64,000 bases of DNA from an uncultured Methanosarcinaceae archaeon (GTDB lineage: Archaea; Halobacteriota; Methanosarcinia; Methanosarcinales; Methanosarcinaceae), in contig CAVTET010000004.1 in assembly GCA_963733675.1 (NCBI GenBank), positions 96,001 to 160,000 of the forward strand. The letters run 5' to 3'. This document shows positions 11,501 through 25,339 of the stretch, piece after piece. How positions within the stretch are numbered: position 1 is the stretch's first letter; each line of letters starts with the position of its first letter. The position numbers were made by a program, and so were the translations under genes. A model generated the notes under the pieces. It was given only the letters and a program-made list of their open reading frames with translations. It did not search any database and was not told the DNA's origin.

Positions 11501-11823
11501 TGACGGGGCGAAAACAAGTTTAGTGTTCCTATTGAAATTGTTGGGAATACACAATAGGGAATTATATCATCGAAATACAACTATTAGAATTCAATTTCAT
11601 GAAAAAAACTACTATAGGAAACACAGCCATTGAGAATTCAACTGGAGGGCATCAGTAGAAACTTATACATTGCAATAAAACCATGGAGTAATAGAACTAT
11701 CAAAAATATGAACAACAATTAAAAAATATTGAGAAACCCCTATGATTTCATCACATCATTATGAATTATATACAAATGACTCGTAAAAATCAGAGGTTTA
11801 TCGAAATTCTCCAAAGGGTACAT

Positions 11824-12326
11824 TTAGATCCCATTTCTGTTACCACTATTAAAGTCACGGTTGTTGCCGTTATTGAAGGCTAAGTTATTGTTGCTTAAAT
11901 TATCGTTGTTGAAGTTATAGTTGCCGATGTTGACGTTACCGATGTTGAAGTTGACGTTTTCTGTGTTCTTAGTGTAGTTTTCTATGTTCCAATAGTCGTT
12001 TCCGAAGTTCATGTTTCCGTTATTGTTCCCGTTTCCAGAACCTAAATTATTGTTTCCGTCATTATTCCCGTTTCTGGAACCTAAATTATTGTTTCCGTCA
12101 TTGTTCCCATTTCGAGAACCTAAATTATTGTTTCCGTCGTTGTTTCCATTAACAGAATCATGATTTGCATTTCCATTACAATTTCCGTTTAAAATATCTG
12201 TATTAAATCCCCATTTCCCATTACAGTTACTAGCTGAACTTACTGTAGTCATCATGGATGCTAAAAAAAAGCTACCAATAAAACACTCAGTATTGTTTTT
12301 GCTCTGTCAAATATTTGTTTTCCCAT
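11824..12326 (-). pseudogene. secreted Asn/Gly-rich repeat protein, frameshifted in a T8 tract of its signal peptide
   Basis: ATG 12326 MGKQIFDRAKTILSVLLVAFF reaches TAG with T8; T9 would join ORF 11824-12255. Three 39-bp repeats encode NGNNDGNNNLGS(R/G). Confidence 0.75.
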
Positions 12327-12839
12327 TAAAAACATTCCCCAAATTTATATGCAGTTTAATGTTACTAGAAATAAGTAGAATGTAAGTGAATACAATCTCA
12401 TGATAGTCAATTTTCCATCCCGCTTCCAAGTGATAGATATACTACGTAGATTCATCCCAAAAATGGAAAATTTTACAATTGGATTAAAAGACGAATATAA
12501 ATATGTATAGTTAATCTACTATATATATTCAAATTCCAGTTATTGTATACTAATATCAGTGTATTCCTCGTCTTGTAATATAATATATTGAGAAATATAT
12601 GTACTAATTTTTATTTAGTAATTTATAAATGAAAATTAATAATAAATGAAACTAATGAAAAATAGTTATATTGACCAAACAAATGTCAATAGTCATCTTT
12701 ACCAAGTTTCAATGAGCAATTTTCTTTGGTTTATTTTCTTCAATTGTTGGCCATTGATCATTTTTTATTTTTCCAGATCAAAGGTCAATTTAGTATCATT
12801 TGCCTTATGAGAAAAAGAAATATATCCTAACATATGGAA

Positions 12840-13194
12840 TCCACTTTAATTATAAGAAATAGTTATGAATATTCTTTACTTTGAAACTTTGGGGATCTGA
12901 CGTTCTTATAACAATTTTCTAAAGAGCAAAAAAGGATTTAGAATTAGCATCAAGTTTTTTAAGAACCTATTGAAGTACCGTAGAATATACCCTTTTGAGT
13001 TCAGAATTATTTTTTTTGGATCTAGGAAGTTTTATCTGTTGCTCAATTTATTTTACACTTTTTTGAGATTTCACTGGCTCTTTTCTATCAGTGGGAACAA
13101 GGATTATGGAGGTATCTACATTGATTTGATGTACCCCATAAAACACCTTTTGTTCTCCAGTTGGATGTATTTTAAAGTTCACAGTTAGATTCAT
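12840..13194 (-). pseudogene. tnpB: TnpB N-terminal (HTH) remnant
   Basis: MNLTVNFKIHPTGEQ...CRYLHN...ELKRVYSTVLQ*VLKKLDANSKSF, overlapping the tnpA 3' end. Confidence 0.7.
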
Positions 13195-13590
13195 TTTGAC
13201 TATCTACGTATTTTTTTAAAGTATCTAAAGTCACTTGACCTGTTGTAGCTATGAAATATGATCTTGACCAGAAGGTATCTTCCCATAATAGTAATTTAAT
13301 TCCAGGGAATTCTTTTCTTATTTCTCTTGAAGTTATAGTTTTTAAAGTATTGATATATTTTGGAATATCTAATGTTGGTTTTGAAGTGAAAATCATATGA
13401 AAATGATCTTTGCCACATTCTATGTTAAGTACCTCAACATCATACGTTTTACTTATATTATGAATTTTTTTTTTAAGAAGTCAATTAGTAATGAATTACA
13501 AAATACCTTTCTCCGATATTTTATACACTGTACGAAATGATAATGGAGTGAGTACACTGAATGGCTTTTATGATCAGGATTATATTGCAT
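13172..13590 (-). pseudogene. tnpA: IS200/IS605 TnpA (Y1 HUH transposase), frameshifted in an A10 tract
   Basis: HSVYSLHYHFVQCIKYRRKVF / KDHFHMIF...FWSRSYFIATTG. Confidence 0.88.
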
Positions 13591-15468
13591 AGTGATCTAT
13601 ATAATGAGATAACTATCTATATAAATAAATTTTCGTATTTAAAAAAGACTAACAGTTAAAAAGTTGAAAGCTTTCATCCCTCACCTGTTGAACTGATGCC
13701 CTCCAAGTAATAGGACTTACGTTTTATGGTTTAAAGCAAAAATAATAATATCGACAATCAAATAATCTTAATCAATTGGCTTAATTTTATTGCTTTCGGT
13801 TATTTTTGTAGTTAACCTATATGGATCTTCACCAGAGAACTCTCATAAAAAACTGTATTACAGTTACTTTTTATAAGTTTGATTCAGGGAGTTTTTTAAC
13901 TATCTCCGATTAACAGTTAAAGTTTATTGAATTCATTGTATCTAGTTGATTCCAAAACTTATTTCATTCAAAATGAGCTGATTTCATAACTCCAAATTTA
14001 CTCATCAAATCTTATATTTCAAATAATCGATCAAATTTGGATCATAAATACAATTTGGAAATTTTTAAGATCGTGTGAAGAATATCTAAGGAGGATTAGC
14101 TTGCTTGGCAGTATTTATTACTTATTGTATTGCCTATTAGATTGTGGGATGAAATAGGTTTTGAATTCAAATAAGAAAATAATTACAAGCAAAAAATAAC
14201 CCTTTTCCTTGTTATTGTATCTATATTCTTCTGAATATTGGACCTTTTCCCAAAAGTAGCTTCCTGGACGAAATTTGTAAAGAATATCAAGATCTTTAAA
14301 TAAATATGTGATTATGTCATTTATATCTCATTCTGTGTCAGCCAAAGGATTTTGCGGGGATTCTAATCAAACTAAACAAAGCTCTTTATTATTTAGACTG
14401 GACGATTCAAAATCACCTCCTTAAATGTGATATAACCCGTATAATACTTGAAAACATTTTGTGTGAAAAATAACATTCTGAATCGGTAATTTCTCTTTAG
14501 TTTAGTTACTTTAAATGAGAAATTATTTTCAAACCACACAAAACAGTGAAAAGCAGTATTCTGCACGCATATCACTTAGATATTCACGGTAAACTATATA
14601 TTTGTCATTTGTGATTTGCATCTAACTAAAGCTAAATCTTTTTCCACCTAGCTTTCCTATCCTGGCTTTCATCCTCCTAAGCCCAAAATAATTTAGTTCA
14701 TAGAACATTTACGGTTTACAATTAAACTCTATGCAAGTTTTATTCATAGTACCAAAATCCGACATGTTAATGCGCCAGAATAACTTGGGTTAAAAGAGGG
14801 TAATTAAAGATGATTTAGATAAACATTTGACTTTCACGAATTAATTATGTACATTGATTGGCGATTTACTCAATTTAAGAATTTATTGAAATCTTCCAAA
14901 AAAAGCAAATTTTGAGCTTTGTGATTGGTTATATTTAGAACTTAAGCACTGGATGTTCACAACAAGTGAAATAGACTATTGTTTAAGTTTATATTTGGGT
15001 AGTTAAGGGCTTAATTTCCCTGATATTTCAGTTCAATTGCGTTAGTCCTAATATTTTCATGTATTCTATATTCAAAAGTGTACATGGACAAATAATTTAT
15101 TTGACGATTTGCTCAACATTTCTATCAAAGGGGTAGCTGCGTTTTTAAAATATAATCTTATTAGCAATTATATGGCATAATCTATGTACTTTTTGGAAAA
15201 TGATATTTAATGGAGAACAAAGTATGTATCATGTAATCACAGTACGCTTTCCGATTGCTGTCTATAGAGCATAGAATAAATTTCAAACTAATGCAATAGC
15301 TATAAGCTATGGTTTATAAACCAAACGTTTTACTTTCTTTATTCAAGGTTCAATAACCACAGAAAATCCAGACGAAAGAAAATACAATTAATAGTTTTCC
15401 ATATTCTGTTTCCAGCAGTTCATATTTTGGTTAAAGATTAGTAAATAAATTTAGGTACTTGATTCAAA

Positions 15469-15705
15469 ATGACAACACCATATATACTCTCAGATAGTGT
15501 AATGCTGATTCTTTTTTGGTTCTCGTTACCATGGTGACATTTCCTTTCAGCAGTTTCCCATTGTTCATGTTTTTGACGGAAGTTTGTCCAGAGGAATCCT
15601 GGGATACTTTGAACGGGTAATATACAGATTAATAGATACTGATCCTGATAAAGAAGAAGGATGGCAAGGCTACTCGCGAGATATGCTCATTTTCAACGGA
15701 ACAGT
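15469..15705 (+). pseudogene. kdpA: KdpA (K+-transporting ATPase subunit A) N-terminal remnant
   Basis: Hydrophobic start, then VHVFDGSLSRGILGYFERVIYRLIDTDPDKEEGWQGYSRDMLIFN, matching the KdpA N-terminal ERxIYRL..DP..E..W..Y..LxFN pattern. Confidence 0.6.
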
Positions 15706-16147
15706 CCGACATAGTGATACTAAAAGCCTGGAACAATATCAATAAGGGCATGTTTCACCCTCATGCTCTTGATCCCAATGGGCACATATGTGACAATGAG
15801 ACCCAAGGAAAATTTTAATTACCCAGTCAATGATTTTAATAAGGAATTATGCTTCGTCATGACCTCCACCTTGCTCAGTTACGGTTGCATTTCAAATCGT
15901 TTATGACATTCTCAAAGAGAAATATGTTTAGGGCCTCAATGATCAGGCAGTGGGCAAAAAATATCAGGCTGATCAAATTAAAATAGAAAAATATAATTAA
16001 CAAAATCTTCCATAGAATTAAAGCCTAAATTTTTAAAGCCTAAATTTTTACAACAATAGAAAGTTTTTTGACGTCATAGAGGGTATTTTTGCGGCATTAA
16101 AATAAGCACCGCTAGCTATACCCTTTATAAAGATAGCAAAAATATAA

Positions 16148-17764
<1,617 letters not shown>

Positions 17765-17845
17765 TCACCTTGATTGAGATCAAATGTTTTCTTTAGTTAA
17801 TTCGAGTATATCCGAATTCATTACATTCTTCAGAGTATACTTTGT

Positions 17846-18130
17846 TCAACATTTATTATCCACAACTGTTGCAAGTATATCCTTAAAGTCCACAAAAACA
17901 TATTTTTCGTCATCTAGTTCAATATCATCGGATTGGTATCCCCCGTAAAATACATGATCATCTTTCATTAGAGGTAGCTCCTTCCCATCTTCAAAGGTCC
18001 CCACAGCTATAATAATTCCTTCTTTTTTTTCCTTCTGTGCAGAGTCAGGGATATAAATTCCTCCTTTTGTCACTTCTGCTTTCTTCAGATGTTTAAGCAA
18101 CACTCGTTCACCAATAGGTTTGATAATCAC
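17846..18130 (-). CDS. groES: co-chaperonin GroES
   Basis: IKPIGERVLLK...TKGGIYIPDSA. GGAG RBS, directly upstream of groEL. Confidence 0.97.
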   Translation of the reverse strand: MIIKPIGERVLLKHLKKAEVTKGGIYIPDSAQKEKKEGIIIAVGTFEDGKELPLMKDDHVFYGGYQSDDIELDDEKYVFVDFKDILATVVDNKC

Positions 18131-18490
18131 TATTTAGTTCCTCCTTATTGTCAAGTGGTTATTTATTAGGCCGTTCAATGAATTGTTAAATTTCATAAAC
18201 AAAGGATTCTCTACATTTTCCAAAAGATGGGAGAATACTCATTTATCAAATTTGATCAATGACTCAAGGACACAATCCTATATTAGTTGAACATTGATGA
18301 TCATTTAAAGTCAATATGGAATTAATGAATATATTGAGCCATGGGATAATCCCACTATTTGCTTATAATACCAAACTTATATTTAAAAATTGCCGAGAAA
18401 AATGATATAATAATTAAAAAATAGGAATGATATCTACAAATTCAAAGAAAATATATATATATATATTTTAAACTCCAGAATATTACCCAA

Positions 18491-18898
18491 ATGGTTCGAG
18501 AGATTATTCTAAGAAATATTGAAAAACCACATATAAAAAGTTTTGAGGAGTATCTCATATGGTTTTGCGACAGCTTTGGCTTCTCTTCTGGCCGAGATAT
18601 CGAAAAAACTGCTACTAAAATAATTTTTAGCCTGGTTGATAAACTTTCTAATGACAAAGTAGCATCATCGAAAGATCTTGCTGACGACCTTAATATAACG
18701 ATATCAAGGGTAAACCATCATATAAGGAATCTCATCGATTCTGGCCTACTTTACAGGAAAAAACGTCTGCTCTATCTGCGGGGTGGTAGCTTAAAAGCTG
18801 CAGTAAGAAAAATGCGAAAAGACTCGGAAAGTATTTTTGATGAACTTGAAAATATAGCTGAAGAAATAGATTCCATAAAAGGAATAAAAAACATATAA
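18491..18898 (+). CDS. winged-helix (ArsR-like) transcriptional regulator
   Basis: SSKDLADDLNITISRVNHHIRNLIDSGLL HTH. Divergent from groES. Confidence 0.85.
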   Translation: MVREIILRNIEKPHIKSFEEYLIWFCDSFGFSSGRDIEKTATKIIFSLVDKLSNDKVASSKDLADDLNITISRVNHHIRNLIDSGLLYRKKRLLYLRGGSLKAAVRKMRKDSESIFDELENIAEEIDSIKGIKNI

Positions 18899-19671
18899 AA
18901 AAATTGAGGAAAAGATTTTAAGAAACAAATATAATGAACTCGGACCTGAAAAAATGTAACAATGAGCTCATTCATATTAAGACTCAGCACTCTATGCACA
19001 AAATCAACTACATTAGACATCATAGTTCAAATTCGCATTTATATGTTTAACAGTTTAATGTTACCATTTTTCTGTTCAAATGCCAAGTCTTTTTGGCGAA
19101 TGAACTTTCAAGTTTGAGTAACATCAACTAAGTAGTACTTTTTTCTTGTCGATTAGAAAATACGTCAATGAGATTAATCTTTTAGACAAAACAGTGCCAT
19201 AAAGGTGCATAAATTCAAAATATTGGTGATTCTGATCTCTATTTCTCTGAGATATCTTAATGTAATAACTTTGTGGCAACTAACTTTTTTGGTAATAGCG
19301 CCTGTGGCACAGGCCCTAAGTTGTAACAGTTATGCAACACGATTTGGGTTCTAATTTAGTTTTCCAGGCATACAATCTTTCCGTATAATAAAAATCGCAT
19401 TACTGAACTAATAAATACAAATGGAATACATGTGGAAAACAAGTACAGTAAACTATAGAATCTTTGGCTAATGACCGTTACAAAAGATTTTACTTTTCGC
19501 ACTCAAATACAAATTTATCAAAATTTTCAATATCTTCAAAGAAAATAGACTTTTGCTTCATTCTTCGATTCGTTTGTTCAATGAATTTGTATCTGAATAT
19601 TTTCGTGGTCATAGTGGAATCTCAATCTGCCTTTTAATTGTTCTTTTTAATGTAGTTATGTTAACAGCAAC

Positions 19672-20070
19672 CTAGTGATTGAGCAAACCAGCTAATAAAT
19701 AAGTGCCTAACATAAAGTTTATAAACCACAAAGCTTCAAGAATTTGCATATTTTTTTTATTTTTCCATTCTCTGTTGATTTCCCAGTTTCCTTTATTTAT
19801 TACAAATACAAATCCCATAACTAAAACCACAATTCCTATTAAGCCATGGATTAAAATCAAAGGAGAAATTCTGTGAAAAATTATGGCAAAGTACGCAGAA
19901 TTTATCATGGGTGGTAGAGATAAAATTACTAATAAATAAGCAAGTGTGAATATTACATCATGTATTTTCAATTTATATTTCTTTAATGTACCTAGTCTCA
20001 TTATCATAGCAATGAATCCAATTATCGCAAAAACCAAAGCTGCTCTTTGCAAATCATATGAAATAAACAT
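19672..20070 (-). CDS. 4-TM membrane protein, possibly haem-b binding (DUF420/cytochrome b561-like)
   Basis: Four hydrophobic segments with His residues (KIHD, LIHGLIG). Confidence 0.65.
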   Translation of the reverse strand: MFISYDLQRAALVFAIIGFIAMIMRLGTLKKYKLKIHDVIFTLAYLLVILSLPPMINSAYFAIIFHRISPLILIHGLIGIVVLVMGFVFVINKGNWEINREWKNKKNMQILEALWFINFMLGTYLLAGLLNH

Positions 20071-20120
20071 TGATTCAAATATGTTTATATCAGGTATTCA
20101 TACCACCCCCATAGATAATA

Positions 20121-20207
20121 GATGATTTCGACAAACTCATCTATTTATCATATTCTTAGAATTGATATATAAATGACTCGTGAAAATCAGATTTCTATCA
20201 AATCCTC
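20121..20207. repeat. ~85-bp palindromic-ended dispersed repeat
   Basis: GATGATTTCGACAAAC...AAATGACTCGTGAAAATCAGATTTCTATCAAATCCTC, shared with the 11770-11811 and 8178-8210 copies. Confidence 0.65.
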
Positions 20208-20753
20208 AATAGCAATATGGTACATAAATCATACCTAAGGATCGTTCATAGTAAATTCGATAATTTGTAAGGGAACAAGCAAAACCTGATTTGTGGCCAA
20301 TTTATAATTATCTATTTCTTTAATATACAGTTCTAAAAGTTTATCCTGCGACTTTAACTAAATACAAAATACGGTAATAATAGCACTAGAATCTACTTTT
20401 CATGAGCTAAAAACTATCTTTCTTACAGGGTATAACGCTAGAGCCCTAATCCAATTTGACAGGAGGAATTGAGAGAATAGATCATTGATCAATAAAATGT
20501 AGGAAGATTTGGGAGAAAGCTATGCAAAAATGGAATATAAACTAAGTTTCCGATACAATAATTTAAGAATATTACAGGTTAAAATATACATAAGAAATCA
20601 AAACTTCATAGAAAGTCCATTCAAAGACTTAAAGAGCTGAATGAGAAAAGACACATAGCTATATTAAGGATATCATAACTTTTGATAAAACGCCGTCGAA
20701 ATCTACGTAAGGAAAAAACATTGGAAGGGTTTTTCTTTGCCCATCTATTTTAT

Positions 20754-20879
20754 TCATTGATCTCTTACATTATCTGAATTTTGAATATGCAGTTTTTCAC
20801 TCTTTCTGTGTTTTCCCTCTTCAATTTCTTTTCTGAATTCTATGTAATCTCTCTCGACTTCTTCAAGCCCATTTCCCAT
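20754..20879 (-). CDS. small charged protein (41 aa)
   Basis: GGAGG RBS, MGNGLEEVERDYIEFRKEIEEGKHRKSEKLHIQNSDNVRDQ*, TATA-like TATATAAA upstream. Below the ORF-track cutoff. Confidence 0.55.
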   Translation of the reverse strand: MGNGLEEVERDYIEFRKEIEEGKHRKSEKLHIQNSDNVRDQ

Positions 20880-21605
20880 TTATGCCCTCCATAAAATATT
20901 AATAGTGCCCACTGTATTTATATATTTAGCAACTGAGTCTTATTAAGCTTATACGCTTTGAAATTCAAAATTGAAGATATGAATATTCTTCATCTCTAAT
21001 AGGAAACCCACAGTTTAGCAATAAAAGTAAATCATCCGATACCATAATAAGGTATCTACTCAATAAAGCATATGAATAAATAAAAAAATTTGATATCTAT
21101 TTTGAAAAGTTAAAATAATTTTAAAAGTTGACATAACTACTCCAAAGATTGCTTATTTTTAACAATTTAAGTTTTTAGTTTTCAGTGTTTCCTACAAATG
21201 ATGACTATGTCTAAATTAAACCTGAGTACATTTATACATTAAATGATAGCTATACTGCATATGTTGAAAAATATTTAATTTCCTATTTATGAATATCCAA
21301 TATTTTTAAAAAATAATACCTGTTGAAGCCAATAAATTGAATTAATCTTAGAGATATAAAGCAGATTAAGTATTGGATGAAGGAATCACAAAGAAGTAAA
21401 ACGAAAATTTTAAGCTCCTTCCTTCGATCAAAGGAAAAATAAAGTCTGCAATTTCATAGACAGCAAAGATAATCACAATTACTTCAAACTACAGTTTTAA
21501 ATAATTCAACCGTTTTGTGCACAAAATATGATTTTTCTAAAATTTATTTATTTATCCGATTTAATGCTTCATAGTATTTTGAGGAACGTACATAATTTGA
21601 GCTAC

Positions 21606-22829
21606 TCAACTAGTTTTACCAAATATATATTTACCATATGGGATTTGTTCAAAAGTTTTCACTGAAAATAGACTCAAAATCAATGTCAAAACAAATACAC
21701 ATGGATAGAATAACAAGTTATTCCAAGTAAATCCAATTTTAGATAACAATAGAACAATCAAGTTTAATAGTATTGCATGTACTAAATAAATTTGGAATGA
21801 ATATGAGCCTAATTTGTCGAAAATTTGTAAGCGATTTGACTTAAATAAAAATATTGAAATATATAACAAACCTATGAAAATTATGGTAAAATATAATCGT
21901 GAAACAATAATGTCAAATACTTTCCAAATTTGTTCATACCCGGGACCAAAACTAAATAAGCTGTAAAAAAAGTGCTCTTTTGCAGAATCCACAATAGTTA
22001 AAAATGTCCCGAGTAACAGAAAAATAAATATACACAAATAATTATTTTTTGAAAATGATTTCATTTTAATGAATTCATAGTTACTTCTCATGAACATACC
22101 AAATATAAAATAAAATAAATAACTAATAAACTTAATATTTGTTGAAAATAAAATATGATTCTTCAAAAGAATGTCGTATGCTATCCCGAATATAAATGCT
22201 AATAATAGAAATAATGAAACCCAATTTTTATTTTCAAAATAAATATATATTTTTACTATTAAAGGATAGAGAATATATAGTTGAATTATCAGAGCAAAAA
22301 ACCATAAATGGTAATAAGCTCCGCCTGTAAGAAGCTTAATTACAAAATCTGATAAATTCAAATTAAGTGGTTTATTTATTATCATTAAATGATGGATTTT
22401 GGAATCATAAATACTATATAAGATAGAAAAGATAAAATATGGAGGTAGAATGTATTTAAATCTCTTTAAATAGAAATGTCCGATTTGAAAGTTTACATTG
22501 TAACTATTATATAATACAAACCCAGAAATAAATACAAAAGCTGGAACTGCAACACAAGAAAGAGCATTAATTGCCATATACAGTACTGTTAATAAATTAA
22601 TATGAGTCATTTCTGCAAAATTACCAGAAACGTGAACACTAATCGCAGATAATATTGCAAAACCTCTCAAATAATTTATTTCTGGATAGTAATTAGTTTT
22701 TTGTTTAGCCACCTTCGTAGAATCACCGATAATTCCTAAGCTAGTTTCTTTGAAATCAGACATACGATACCTACTTTCTTTGAATCTAAACTTTGAGCGT
22801 GTCTTTGAGTTATTGAAATTGGAACACAA
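21606..22829 (-). CDS. acyltransferase family 3 (OafA-like membrane O-acyltransferase)
   Basis: EINYLRGFAILSAISVH, AVPAFVFISGF, YYHLWF, LGSYSFQIYLVH. Probable start near 22763. Confidence 0.9.
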   Translation of the reverse strand: MCSNFNNSKTRSKFRFKESRYRMSDFKETSLGIIGDSTKVAKQKTNYYPEINYLRGFAILSAISVHVSGNFAEMTHINLLTVLYMAINALSCVAVPAFVFISGFVLYNSYNVNFQIGHFYLKRFKYILPPYFIFSILYSIYDSKIHHLMIINKPLNLNLSDFVIKLLTGGAYYHLWFFALIIQLYILYPLIVKIYIYFENKNWVSLFLLLAFIFGIAYDILLKNHILFSTNIKFISYLFYFIFGMFMRSNYEFIKMKSFSKNNYLCIFIFLLLGTFLTIVDSAKEHFFYSLFSFGPGYEQIWKVFDIIVSRLYFTIIFIGLLYISIFLFKSNRLQIFDKLGSYSFQIYLVHAILLNLIVLLLSKIGFTWNNLLFYPCVFVLTLILSLFSVKTFEQIPYGKYIFGKTS

Positions 22830-23145
22830 AGCCCTTCAAATTTCCTAAAAATGGGAAAGTTATTCTTTTTTCATCTTTGATCAATGACTGATGGATAAGA
22901 CCTAAATTTTATTTGTCTGTTATATACTGTGGACTATAATAAATATTACTATGTTAGAAGGATATCTATTGCATTTCTGAATTTTATTTGTAAAATGATG
23001 TTGATTTAAAGTTTGTACCCTTCGAGTCCCCAAAAAGTAACGTGAACTTTATGGGCCAGGATGTCACTTTTTCTGAGCTACACATTTATCTCAGTCATGT
23101 AAATGATTTTTCAGGGCAGTACAGGACTAAATAAATTACTTTTTT

Positions 23146-23480
23146 TTGAACTCCCCCTCCATGTCAGAAGTATGTATCGGATATTGTTCCCGAAATAAGA
23201 GATAATCTTGCAATCAAACTTGTAAATAAAGGAAAATTACAGGCAACTTCTGCAAAGTTGCTGGAGATTGCTCCATCGGCAGTTTCCCAGTATATCTTGA
23301 GAAAAAGATGTGACAAGATCGAATATAAGAGCGAGACGAAGGAATTGATCGAAAAACTTGCTCTAATTGATCGACAATAAAATAGACGACTTTTAGCGAG
23401 GATATTTAAAATTCACATAAAAGCAAGAAAGATTAGAAGTGACTACAATAGCAGTTTTGGGCCAGAAGGGCTCGATAATA
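23146..23480 (+). pseudogene. archaeal HTH transcriptional regulator (COG2522-like) pseudogene
   Basis: PPCQKYVSDIVPEIRDNLAIKLV...SAKLLEIAPSAVSQYILRKR. Frameshifts at a C5 tract and near the C-terminus. Confidence 0.75.
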
Positions 23481-23607
23481 CATTAGAGAACTTGAAAAAT
23501 AAAGGCTCATTCCAGTCTAATAACCCCACATATTTCTTAAAAGCAGAAATTTCCACGAGAACAGTTGCTAAATAACGACTTTATATTTTTAGCTACTTTA
23601 GATGTAA

Positions 23608-24060
23608 ATGAAACTGATGAATGTGAATCATTGTATACATAAAATAAAGCACGATATAGTTTTTTTTGTATCATAATACTGTATACACTTTCTTTTAGCC
23701 ACATAAATAATCAACTTTTTGAAAAACGTAAGATTTGGAATTTATGAACGGTGTTGTTTTGAATTTGATGCAGTTTATACTGATGGTGATCATATTCATC
23801 TTTTCGTTGGTGCTTAACAAAAATTTTATCCTTCAAAAATTATGCAGAACATAAAAAGCATTGGAGCGAGGCAGATTTTTGCAGAACACCCCTAGATTAA
23901 AAAGTAGCTTCGTTGTGGCGAACTATAGCGAGGTGGGGGATACATTGGAAAACTTGAAGATGAAACAACTTCCGATGTTATCAAAATTTATGTTGAAAAT
24001 AAGGGAAGCAAGGAAAAACAAGCATATAACCGAATAAGGATACTTGATTTTGAATAATTC
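23608..24060 (+). pseudogene. tnpA: IS200/IS605 TnpA remnant
   Basis: NHCIHKIKH..FEFDAVYTDGDHIHLFVGA..PSKIMQNIKSIGARQIF..GGYIG..TTSDVIKIYVEN. Same family as the 52261 copy. Confidence 0.8.
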
Positions 24061-24154
24061 ATATATTATACATTACTGTGCAAGAACATACCCAGTTACT
24101 TGAAGCGGGGCGCTCAACAGCAAAGTTGATATATTTCAAAACTTACCTTCTCCC

Positions 24155-24364
24155 ATGAACAGCAGTAGTACTAGAGCAAACATTAAAGAAGGAATGAATG
24201 TTGGGATTGTCTTAAAAAAAGACCAGAGGAGTGGTAAAATAACTCAAGGCATTGTGAAGCGAATTTTGACCAATTCTTCAAATCATCAGCATGGAATAAA
24301 AGTCCAATTAACAAATGGTCAGATTGGAAGGGTTAAAGAAATCTATTCACAAATTACAGAATAG
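24155..24364 (+). CDS. YwbE (DUF2196) family protein
   Basis: IVLKKDQRSGKITQGIVKRILTNSSNHQHGIKVQL. Confidence 0.9.
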   Translation: MNSSSTRANIKEGMNVGIVLKKDQRSGKITQGIVKRILTNSSNHQHGIKVQLTNGQIGRVKEIYSQITE

Positions 24365-24788
24365 GTCATTTTTTAAGATTGCTTGATACTAACTGCTGAC
24401 CAGATGACCAGCTCTGAGTACTAATAATCTTATGCTTGAGCCTGCATCTATAAATCAAATCTTTTATTTGATGCGATTATATTTTTTTGTGCATCCTTGA
24501 TTAAGTAAGACTCTAAAATTGAGTACCTCAAACATTTAATATTCTTTACATATAGAGTGTTTATCAGTAGTTCAGAGAATACCCGAAAAGCTGGAAAATG
24601 ATTAAATTTTTCGTTATACTTCTAGATATTTGAGCACTAGTTAACGAGTTTAGTGAGCGAAAACTCAAAGGAATCTTCGCTTTTCCCTAATATAAGCCAT
24701 GGTTGATTAAAGTTTCACCATTCTTTAACTTGTCCATGCATTTGAAAGAGATTCAGCTTGCTTCAAAAGTGAATATTTATATAGCTTA

Positions 24789-24806
24789 GAGCCTATCCGA
24801 AAAGTC
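24789..24806. mobile_element. solo IS5-family terminal inverted repeat
   Basis: TTA-GAGCCTATCCGAAAAGTC matches the ends of the three IS5 copies. No partner end found. Confidence 0.55.
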
Positions 24807-25339
24807 ATTAATAGCATGTTGGGAAGTATTCAGACAGAGAGCGCGAAATAAAAATAAACTCTGCGAGCTTATTAGATGACCAGTATGAAGCTTAAATCAT
24901 AGAGTTGATTTATTAATTAATTTATTACAAATTATGCTTTAAACTAATTATAAGAACTCATTTTTATAATTTATTTTCATCCCTAAAAGTATTTTCAAAA
25001 TATCAAAGATGAGATTTTTAGATGCCAAGATTAGTATTCTTGAGTCAGAAAAATTATAGAGGATTTTGATTTACCTCTGATTTTTTTCTTCGCAAAAATC
25101 ATTTTTAAATCTTTCCCACGAATTTCTGTATTTGACCCGATCAGAGTTTTCATAAGTAGAAATTATTGTCAAGAGATTTAAAACCTTTAATGTTCAAATT
25201 CATAGGAGTTTATCGAAATTCTCAATATTCTTTTCAGCAAAAACACGATTAACTAAAAATGTTACGAAAAAAAATAAGTTTCCTGTCGAAAGTTGGATGT
25301 AGTATTATAGTAGATTCTATGTATATTGTGAGGCTTTAT

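Noticed and set aside
11990-12150. 39-bp repeats as a CRISPR array
   Set aside because: Contiguous in-frame coding repeats with no unique spacers, and no cas genes in the window.
13790-14400. Several IS-end-like motifs and possible coding relics
   Set aside because: Too degraded to assign boundaries or a family without a search.
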